From assembly GCA_038749025.1 (NCBI GenBank), contig JBCDIL010000017.1, positions 6,960-70,959 on the forward strand: a stretch of 64,000 nucleotides of DNA, in the 5' to 3' direction. The notes under the pieces are model-generated. The model made no database searches and was not told where the DNA came from. It was given only the letters and a program-made list of their open reading frames with translations. The DNA comes from Pseudomonadota bacterium. Lineage in GTDB: Bacteria; Pseudomonadota; Gammaproteobacteria; Steroidobacterales; Woeseiaceae. This document shows positions 9,999-17,283 of this stretch, piece after piece. The first letter of the stretch is position 1, and the number at the start of each line of letters is the position of its first letter. A program made the translations under genes and the position numbers.

Positions 9999-10745
9999 AT
10001 GGCGACCTATTCGCCACCCACACCGGCGTTATCGGACACGGCGCTGTTCCTGGATATCGACGGAACGCTGCTGCCATTACAGTCGGATCCTGCTGGCGTT
10101 GCGAGTGACCCCGTACTTCGGCAAAAACTTACCGAACTCGTCACCCGAACAGACGGCGCGCTCGCACTCGTTAGCGGGCGCACGTTGGCTGATATAGATC
10201 GCATCTTCGCGCCACTCGCCTTTAGCGCCGCTGGTACCCACGGCGGCGAAATTCGCCATCGCGGTGCGGACCTGAGCCCGCCGGGGCTTAGCGCGTTAGA
10301 CGAAATGGCGCTGAAGCCGATTGCCGATTTTGTCGCCGCGAACCGCGGCTTGTTACTCGAGAACAAGGGCGTCAGTGTCACCTTGCATTTCCGTGAGCGC
10401 CCCGATCTCGAAGCCGATTGCCGCGCGATGATTGACGCGCTTTACGAACGCCATCCAGAGGGTATGCAGGTGATCGCCGGCAAGATGGTGTTCGAACTGA
10501 CCCCAATCGCCGCCAACAAAGGCGCCGCCATCCAACGCTTGCTGGGCGAGCCACCGTTTCGCGGACGCCAGCCCGTTTTCCTGGGTGACGACACGACCGA
10601 TGAGGCTGGCTTCACCGTCGTGAACGATGCCGGTGGCTTATCCGTGCTGGTCGGAGAGCGCGACACAACCGCGGCGACCCACCGGCTTGAAGGCGTCGCC
10701 GCTGTGCATGGCTGGCTTAGCAACTTGATCGCCAAGCGCGAGTAG
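9999..10745 (+). CDS. otsB: trehalose-6-phosphate phosphatase
   Basis: HAD motif FLDIDGTL, then SGR and GDDTTDE blocks. Clustered with otsA. Confidence 0.85.
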   Translation: MATYSPPTPALSDTALFLDIDGTLLPLQSDPAGVASDPVLRQKLTELVTRTDGALALVSGRTLADIDRIFAPLAFSAAGTHGGEIRHRGADLSPPGLSALDEMALKPIADFVAANRGLLLENKGVSVTLHFRERPDLEADCRAMIDALYERHPEGMQVIAGKMVFELTPIAANKGAAIQRLLGEPPFRGRQPVFLGDDTTDEAGFTVVNDAGGLSVLVGERDTTAATHRLEGVAAVHGWLSNLIAKRE

Positions 10746-10821
10746 CGCACATCATGCACCGGCCGGGTACACTGACGCTCGTGTTTGCTAACTGCCGGCC
10801 GTGTTCGGTGACGCATCGATA

Positions 10822-12609
10822 ATGAGCAGTCTCAACCTTGGTGTAATCGGAAACTGCCAGAGCGCAGCGCTCGTAGATGAGAAAGCCACCGTTGTCTGGT
10901 GTTGCTTGCCGCAGTTCGACAGTGACCCGATCTTTTGCCGGCTGCTGCGGGACGACGCGGAAACGACGCTCCCCGGCTTTTACGAGATCGAACTACTCGA
11001 CTTTGAGAAAAGCGAACAGCGATACATCCAAAACACCTGCATTCTACAAACCGACCTCACCGACAAACACGGCGCGAGCGTTCGAATTACCGACTTCATG
11101 CCGCGCTACATTCATCTCGAGCGCTCGTTTCGGCCCATGATGCTGATGCGCGGACTGGAGCCGATTAACGGACGGCCACGTGTTCGAATTCGTTTGCGCC
11201 CGGCGAGCAACTACGGTGCGGCTGCGTGCACGACGACGAACGGAAGCAACCATATCCGCTATGTGGGTGACCGTGTTGTTTTGAGACTGACCACCGACGT
11301 CGCGGTTACCCACGTTTTGGAAGAAGCGAGCTTCGTTCTAGATCGACCGCGCTACTTGGTATTGGGTCCAGACGAATCGATGCGCGAAGGCCCGGGCGAT
11401 GCATTTCACACGCACTATCGCGGTACACGCGATTATTGGCAGGCCTGGTCGCGCGGTCTGTCGATCCCATTTGAATGGCAGCAAGCCGTTATTCGCGCCG
11501 CGATCACGCTGAAGCTCTGCACCTTTGAGGACACCGGTGCCGTCATCGCTGCGATGACCACATCGGTACCGGAGGCGGCCGGAACCGAGCGTAATTGGGA
11601 CTACCGGTTTTGCTGGTTGCGCGACAGTTACTTCGTCGTGAAGGCGCTGAACCGACTGGGCGCGACACGGACGATGGAGGGCTACCTCAACTACTTGGCC
11701 AACATCGTCGCTGAAACCGACGCCGACGGCTTAAAGCCGCTGTACGGCATTAGCGGGCGCTCGCGGATTGAGGAGACCATCGTCGACAGCTTGTCCGGCT
11801 ACCGAGGCATGGGCCCGGTGCGGATTGGCAATCAAGCCTACGAGCAGATTCAACACGATGTCTACGGCGCGGTCGTGCTGTCGACAGCACACAGTTTCGT
11901 CGACAGCCGCTTACTGCGCGTCGACTTGGACGCCGAATTCACCCGACTTGAAGTGATCGGCGAGTGGGCGCGCGCGAACTACGAACAGCCGGATGCGGGT
12001 TTGTGGGAGTACCGCGGCCGCCAACGTGTCCATACCTTCTCGAGTTTGATGTGTTGGGCCGCTTGCGACCGCCTCGCAAGAATTGCCGCGCATCTCGGCC
12101 GCGAAAAACGTGCCGCCTATTGGGCGGAATCGGCCGAGACCATTCGCGCCGTGATTCACGAGAAAGCCTGGGACGACGAACAACAAGCATTCACTGAAAG
12201 CTTCGGTCGACCGGAGATGGACGCGAGCTTGTTGACGATGCACGACCTCGGCTTTATCGAGGCCACTGACCCGCGCTTTATCGGCACGGTTGAGTGCATT
12301 GAAAAACACCTGCGCCGCGGCAAGCACATGTTCCGCTACAACGCGGCCGACGATTTTGGCGTGCCGGAAAACGCGTTCAATATTTGCACGTTCTGGTTTA
12401 TCGACGCGTTAGCCGCGATCGGTCGGCGCGATGAGGCGCGTGAGCTGTTCGAAAACATGCTAGCGTCGCGGAACCATTTGGGGCTCCTGTCGGAAGACAT
12501 CGACCCACGCAATGGTGACCTGTGGGGCAACTTCCCGCAGACCTACAGCATGGCCGGCATCATTACCGCTGCGGTACGATTAAGCCGGTCTTGGGAAGAC
12601 GCGATCTGA
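10822..12609 (+). CDS. glycoside hydrolase family 15 protein (glucoamylase/trehalase-like)
   Basis: N-terminus MSSLNLGVIGNC, and blocks NWDYRFCWLRDS and LWEYRG are typical of bacterial GH15. ATG 10822 is preferred over GTG 10801. Confidence 0.85.
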   Translation: MSSLNLGVIGNCQSAALVDEKATVVWCCLPQFDSDPIFCRLLRDDAETTLPGFYEIELLDFEKSEQRYIQNTCILQTDLTDKHGASVRITDFMPRYIHLERSFRPMMLMRGLEPINGRPRVRIRLRPASNYGAAACTTTNGSNHIRYVGDRVVLRLTTDVAVTHVLEEASFVLDRPRYLVLGPDESMREGPGDAFHTHYRGTRDYWQAWSRGLSIPFEWQQAVIRAAITLKLCTFEDTGAVIAAMTTSVPEAAGTERNWDYRFCWLRDSYFVVKALNRLGATRTMEGYLNYLANIVAETDADGLKPLYGISGRSRIEETIVDSLSGYRGMGPVRIGNQAYEQIQHDVYGAVVLSTAHSFVDSRLLRVDLDAEFTRLEVIGEWARANYEQPDAGLWEYRGRQRVHTFSSLMCWAACDRLARIAAHLGREKRAAYWAESAETIRAVIHEKAWDDEQQAFTESFGRPEMDASLLTMHDLGFIEATDPRFIGTVECIEKHLRRGKHMFRYNAADDFGVPENAFNICTFWFIDALAAIGRRDEARELFENMLASRNHLGLLSEDIDPRNGDLWGNFPQTYSMAGIITAAVRLSRSWEDAI

Positions 12610-12623
12610 CGGAGCGAGCACCG

Positions 12624-14015
12624 ATGGCTCAGCAAGGACGTCTCATCGCCGTGTCGAACCGCGTTGCCATGCCCCGCAAGGGGCAGGCGGCAGCCGGGGG
12701 TCTCGCGGTCGGCATACAAGCAGCGCTAGCAGATCAAGGTGGTATTTGGTTTGGCTGGAACGGGAAGCTTGTTCGCACCGAAGCGAGCGACGCAACGACC
12801 ACGTCGCAAGACGGCGTTGACTACGCGACGATCTCGCTGAACGAGCGCGATTTCGAGCAGTACTACAACGGCTACAGCAACCGCGTGTTGTGGCCGATCT
12901 GCCATTACCTCAACAACTTCATACTCTATGAAGCCGATGACTTCGAAGGCTACCTGCGCGTAAACAGCGTGTTTGCTCGCAAGCTCGCGCCGCTCATCAA
13001 ACCCGACGACATGATTTGGGTGCACGACTACCACTTGATTCCGCTGGCAGCTGAACTTCGCGCTGCGGGTCTTAAGAACCCGATCGGATTTTTCTTACAC
13101 GTTCCGTTCCCGAGCTACGAGGCGTTTCGCGCGATTCCCGGCCACGACTATTTGTTGCGGGCCTTGTGCGCCTATGACGTCGTTGGCTTCCAAACCGCAC
13201 GCGACTTAGCGGCCTTCCGTACGTGCATGCGCCAGCCAGAAATCGGCGGCGAGGTTATCTCGGATACACAGATTCGTGTCGCCGGTGGCACCATGACGGT
13301 GGATGCGTTTCCGATCGGCATCGACGTCGATGGCCTGCAAGCCGCCGCCGAACAAGCCGTCGATACCGAAGCGGTGCGGCGCATGTACCGAAGCTTGAGC
13401 GGGCGCGATCTTGTCATTGGCGTGGATCGGCTCGACTACTCCAAAGCGCTGACACAACGGTTTTTGTCGTACGAGCGTTTGCTGCAGAAGTACCCAAACA
13501 CGCAGAGCAGCCTCGTCTATATGCAGGTCGCACCGCCGACCCGCACCGGTGTACGCGCCTACGACGAGATTCGCACCGAACTCGAACAGCAAGCCGGCCG
13601 CATCAATGGCCGCTTCGCTGAGGCCGATTGGGTGCCGATTCGTTACTTAAACAAGGGTATCGAGCGTAATCAGCTGATGGGCTTTTTACGCGTTGCGATC
13701 TCTGCGCTCGTCACACCTGTCCGCGACGGGATGAACCTCGTCGCGAAAGAATTTGTCGCGGCGCAAGACCCCGCCGACCCCGGCATTCCGGTCGTCTCGT
13801 CGCTGGCCGGCGCGTCCCGGGAGCTGACCGACGCAGTTGTCGTCAACCCGTACGACAAAGACAACGTGGCCGACGGTATCGCTAGCGTCATCACGATGGA
13901 TGTCGGTGAGCGCCGCGAACGCTATCAGTCGATGATCGAGGTTCTGCGCAAGAATGACATCACCGCGTGGCGGCAGCGCTTCGTTGATGCATTGATTAAC
14001 TGTCGGCGGGATTAG
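12624..14015 (+). CDS. otsA: alpha,alpha-trehalose-phosphate synthase
   Basis: GT20 blocks LIAVSNRV, WVHDYHL, GVDRLDYSKA and DGMNLVAKEF. ATG 12624 is preceded by GGAG; the track ORF start at 12522 overlaps the GH15 gene. Confidence 0.9.
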   Translation: MAQQGRLIAVSNRVAMPRKGQAAAGGLAVGIQAALADQGGIWFGWNGKLVRTEASDATTTSQDGVDYATISLNERDFEQYYNGYSNRVLWPICHYLNNFILYEADDFEGYLRVNSVFARKLAPLIKPDDMIWVHDYHLIPLAAELRAAGLKNPIGFFLHVPFPSYEAFRAIPGHDYLLRALCAYDVVGFQTARDLAAFRTCMRQPEIGGEVISDTQIRVAGGTMTVDAFPIGIDVDGLQAAAEQAVDTEAVRRMYRSLSGRDLVIGVDRLDYSKALTQRFLSYERLLQKYPNTQSSLVYMQVAPPTRTGVRAYDEIRTELEQQAGRINGRFAEADWVPIRYLNKGIERNQLMGFLRVAISALVTPVRDGMNLVAKEFVAAQDPADPGIPVVSSLAGASRELTDAVVVNPYDKDNVADGIASVITMDVGERRERYQSMIEVLRKNDITAWRQRFVDALINCRRD

Positions 14016-14517
14016 TTGCCGCTAGCGTCCGTGCCTGTTTCGCCCACAGAGCGATCTGCTCATGATGAGGCGACCAAGCCTGCCACGTCGATTCCGCCCA
14101 GCGTTTGACCGCCGCGTGGTGCTCCGTCGCGGTGTCTGCTTTTAGTACGTCAACGACTGTCAGACCACCGAAGCTAGCCGGCGGCTCCAACCACGTGAAG
14201 CTCATTGCATCGGCGCAGCGTTGCATCAGACTCATCGCAGCATTTGTCGATAGACCTTGTTCAAGCACGCTGTGCAGCGAAATCAGGTGTACAGCAACGG
14301 ACTGAATCGACTGCGGCGACGGCTTGCCGGGATGCTGCACGGCGTAGGCATCAACGGTGAGTCGATGGACGCTCATGTACGTCGCATCGCTGTACTCGCG
14401 CGTAAGAACCTCGCCGAAAGCCGCCCAGCAACTCGGCGTCGATTCCATGTACTTGTGCACCGGACCGTCGACTCGCGGTAGTACCACACCACAGCCGGGA
14501 CAGGTTTCGTTGGTCAT
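13996..14517 (-). CDS. hypothetical protein with N-terminal CPGCG zinc-ribbon-like motif (DUF5946-like)
   Basis: 173-codon ORF. Its 3' end overlaps the otsA 3' end by 20 nt (convergent). Confidence 0.55.
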   Translation of the reverse strand: MTNETCPGCGVVLPRVDGPVHKYMESTPSCWAAFGEVLTREYSDATYMSVHRLTVDAYAVQHPGKPSPQSIQSVAVHLISLHSVLEQGLSTNAAMSLMQRCADAMSFTWLEPPASFGGLTVVDVLKADTATEHHAAVKRWAESTWQAWSPHHEQIALWAKQARTLAATNPADS

Positions 14518-14579
14518 GAGGTTGTCAGCATAACGGCGCTACCAGCATCGGTGCTTTGGGTTTTAACGACACTGTCGGA

Positions 14580-14879
14580 CTAGTGGCTCTTGGCAGCTGA
14601 GATCGTAGTAAGCATGGCTTTGCATGCACAAATCTCATACATGATCCCAGGCGTCTCGCCCGATAAGTCTTCGGCCCGAACAACAACGTGGACGGTACCC
14701 AGGCTTGGGTCGATGCTCAACGCATCGCAGACTCCACGCTCAATAAAAGGGCGAAAGAGCTTAGTCCTCGCCCCAAGAACCTCGACGCAAAACTTGTCAG
14801 CCACATGGGCTTCGATACGAATGATCACATCGGAGCGAAAGTTAGTGACGCGAGTTAAGCGATATGAACCAGCAAACAT
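14580..14879 (-). CDS. hypothetical protein
   Basis: 99-codon ORF in the AT-richer islet. The minus-strand product looks more protein-like than the fully overlapping plus-strand ORF 14590..14883. No SD seen and no family recognised. Confidence 0.35.
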   Translation of the reverse strand: MFAGSYRLTRVTNFRSDVIIRIEAHVADKFCVEVLGARTKLFRPFIERGVCDALSIDPSLGTVHVVVRAEDLSGETPGIMYEICACKAMLTTISAAKSH

Positions 14880-15036
14880 GTGAGCCGAGCTCGTAAGAGT
14901 TAGCCGGGCGATTTACTGCACGCCCTGCCGTGTTGCGGCGTTCGCCATCGCGCTCCGTGAGCAAGCCGTCTGCGAACAGTGGCCAAATTCGGGCAACGCT
15001 TCGAACCCAACAATCCGCGCGTGTCTTGCAACGCAA

Positions 15037-16251
15037 TTACTGGTCGGTAGCGTACAACTGAATCAAGTGCACCATATCAGCATCCGCCAGTGCTTCGGCA
15101 GCCTCCAGCACCGTTTTCCCAGCGTAGACTTCATGCGGATTCGCGCCGTACTCTAGCAACAAGCGAACGAGCGCCACTCTTTCGGCTTTATCGGGGTTCG
15201 TCTCTAAGACCTGAATCAAATACGGCGGTGGGCACTCTGATTGATGACACCGGCGCACAACTGACGCGTTCGCTTGGAGTAGTAACGAGACGATGTGTTC
15301 ATTGCCAACCATGAGCGCGGATGATAGCGGAGTAACACCCTTAGCGTTTGCGGCATCCGGATCAGCACCGCGCTCGATGAAAAACTGCACAAGGGAAGAA
15401 TTTCCGCGCCCGCTAGCGACCATTAGCGGGGTGACATTGAACTCGTTCGTCACATTAACGGATAGTCCGTTATTTACGAGCCGCCTAACGAGCGCTTCGC
15501 TACCCCATTCAGTTGCGAGCAGTAGTCTGGCGACAGCAGACAAGCGAGGATCGTATAGGTTAGGGCTAAAATCAAAATCCGGTACGCGGACTCCATCGGG
15601 CAGCATACCGAGCGTTAGGGTGTCTGCGTCATCGTGACGATACGGTGGGACATGCAGGTTCCAGTCATTGCCGTGCTGGTGTCCAGCAACAATACGCCCC
15701 GCCAAATCGTAGGACTCCCCGCCGCAAGGGTTATAGAAACCACCAACCCCCTCCATAGGCACGACAGTGGATCGTTGCCGCTTGTCCGCCCTCGTAAGGA
15801 TGGCGCAACCGGTATACGGATCGGACGGAATAACGACGAAAACGTCGTCGCGCAACGACCGTAACCCGGAGTTTGGCAGGGCGCTGTGCATCGCGAGAAG
15901 CTCGTTGGCAAATGACCGGCCATAAGCCAATTGCGCGCCCTCCAGTGACTTTATCAAACCCGAGTCATTGGCCGCTGCGGGTAGCATTTCTCGAGGCTCA
16001 AGCAACCGCGAGATTTGTTGCGAAGTACGCCGACAAATCAGTATGGGCTTCTCATCCCACACCATGCGCTTACAGACGCCTTCTTTGAGGTCTGCGAAAT
16101 CAACTTTCAGGAATGTATCGCCGAGTGCTTCAGCGGTGATGGTCGCCAACAGCAAGGTGGCTAGGCACCGAAACCAGCTCGCTGGTGCAGCTCGTGTCTG
16201 AGATGACGACTCGATCATGTTGCGGTGCTTAAAGTCAGTACCAGGGATCAC
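15037..16251 (-). CDS. membrane-anchored Rieske-like (cluster ligands lost) domain fused to ankyrin repeats
   Basis: The N-terminal half aligns by eye with the bc1 Rieske subunit (VDFADLKEGVCKRMVWDEKPILICRRT; GGFYNPCGGESYDLAGRIVAG; NLHVPPY). The C-terminal half has ANK repeats (TPLMVASGRGNSSLVQFFIERGADPDAANAKGVTPL...). The start could be GTG 16251 or ATG 16218. Confidence 0.7.
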   Translation of the reverse strand: MIPGTDFKHRNMIESSSQTRAAPASWFRCLATLLLATITAEALGDTFLKVDFADLKEGVCKRMVWDEKPILICRRTSQQISRLLEPREMLPAAANDSGLIKSLEGAQLAYGRSFANELLAMHSALPNSGLRSLRDDVFVVIPSDPYTGCAILTRADKRQRSTVVPMEGVGGFYNPCGGESYDLAGRIVAGHQHGNDWNLHVPPYRHDDADTLTLGMLPDGVRVPDFDFSPNLYDPRLSAVARLLLATEWGSEALVRRLVNNGLSVNVTNEFNVTPLMVASGRGNSSLVQFFIERGADPDAANAKGVTPLSSALMVGNEHIVSLLLQANASVVRRCHQSECPPPYLIQVLETNPDKAERVALVRLLLEYGANPHEVYAGKTVLEAAEALADADMVHLIQLYATDQ

Positions 16252-16567
16252 AGCTTACGAATGCGGAGTCTTTAAGCACTTTTATATCAATTGTGTAGTC
16301 CGGATTGTCGGCTTGTAGTGCAGAAACAGCAGCGCGAAGCCTGTCGTACATTAAGTTGGGACAGACACTTATAGTCACCTCGCCGAGCTGTCGCGCCGCA
16401 ACAAACGCAACGAGGTCATCGGTGTTTTCTAACTCTTGACCCTCGGCCCAATAGCTATTGGTACCGATCTGGACCTGAGTGCCGAGTTCTTCATTGAGAA
16501 TCGGACGTTGCTGCCCGCAATAATCGGTGAAGAAACAGACTTGCAATGTGATTAACAACAAAGTCAC
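16235..16567 (-). CDS. hypothetical exported protein
   Basis: 110-codon ORF starting at GTG, with AGGTG 7 nt upstream. The N-terminus is hydrophobic. Low G+C. Confidence 0.45.
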   Translation of the reverse strand: MTLLLITLQVCFFTDYCGQQRPILNEELGTQVQIGTNSYWAEGQELENTDDLVAFVAARQLGEVTISVCPNLMYDRLRAAVSALQADNPDYTIDIKVLKDSAFVSCDPWY

Positions 16568-16584
16568 AGCGAAACACCTGACCC

Positions 16585-16840
16585 TTAATGAACTGCTTTG
16601 ATTGATCCGTTGAAGTGCTCATTGGGATGAACCGTCGATTCATGAAGGTGGATTACCTTGAACTGCACCTGATCACCCACGCTAGCAAGCATCCGACGGA
16701 TGCCGAACGACCGACACCGACAGCTCGGTGATTCGTGTAAGGCCTGGCACTCCTCGTACATCGACCCACAGCCCATAGTGCGCAACGGAGGTCACAATGC
16801 CGCTGTAAATTTCACCAAGCTTTACTGTACCGCCTGTCAA
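16585..16840 (-). pseudogene. S1 RNA-binding-domain gene interrupted by a 1-nt frame change
   Basis: Frame A (TTG 16840 to TAG 16682) encodes MTGGTVKLGEIYSGIVTSVAHYGLWVDVRGVPGLTRITELSVSVVRHPSDAC*. The domain continues in frame B (..SVGDQVQFKVIHLHESTVHPNEHFNGSIKAVH*, stop 16585). The track shows only the frame-B ORF 16585..16785. Confidence 0.55.
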
Positions 16841-16881
16841 TTAATTCCAGCTCGTCCTAGGCGCGAAAGCGCCAGACTTAG

Positions 16882-17259
16882 TCAAGCCACACAAATCCAC
16901 GCGCTCTGGTCCAACAACAGTGCACCGTCTTCTGGTCGGGTAAACAACCACCATTCGCCGGTGCAAGACTGCGCCGGTACGCCGTCGGATCGACACAACA
17001 CTAGCGCGCCATCTGGCGACACAAACCAGAACTCATCGGAGTAGCGGTCGGCCGGTATTTTGAAGTTAGGGTTCTGGTTGGCAAGCGATCTGAGTTCGTT
17101 GGCATTAACCGGAGCGTCCGGCAAGACAAGCCAATCTGCGCCATCTTTTGGTCCGCAATCGGCGCGAAAATCAGCGGATGGACCGGACACGACGCAGCCA
17201 GTGACTAGCGTAGCGAAAAATACGGCAACGCAAGTCCGTTGCAATAAACTCTGACTCAT
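16882..17259 (-). CDS. hypothetical lipoprotein
   Basis: Signal peptide with lipobox LVTGC. 125 codons. No family recognised. Confidence 0.55.
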   Translation of the reverse strand: MSQSLLQRTCVAVFFATLVTGCVVSGPSADFRADCGPKDGADWLVLPDAPVNANELRSLANQNPNFKIPADRYSDEFWFVSPDGALVLCRSDGVPAQSCTGEWWLFTRPEDGALLLDQSAWICVA

Positions 17260-17283
17260 CGGACGTAAGCCTTCGCGGAGCAG

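Noticed and set aside
14590-14883. 97-codon plus-strand ORF completely overlapping the 99-codon minus-strand ORF.
   Set aside because: The plus-strand translation is Ser/Thr/Arg-rich and looks non-protein-like. All surrounding islet genes are on the minus strand. Neither ORF has strong support, so only the minus one is listed, at low confidence.
14842-15036. 64-codon ORF in the gap downstream of the ankyrin gene.
   Set aside because: There are no SD, motifs or signal. It is Arg/Cys/Trp-rich and is most likely intergenic.
16682-16700. Programmed +1 frameshift at ..GCT TGC TAG C.. in the S1-domain gene, analogous to prfB.
   Set aside because: There is no slippery P-site codon (UGC cannot re-pair in the +1 frame) and no upstream SD-like stimulator. 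A simple 1-nt indel, either pseudogenisation or assembly error, is more parsimonious. It is kept only as a minor alternative in the finding.
16859-16872. GGCGC-GAAA-GCGCC hairpin just downstream of the 125-aa lipoprotein gene.
   Set aside because: The stem is only 5 bp and no U-tract follows on the minus strand. It is not convincing as a terminator.
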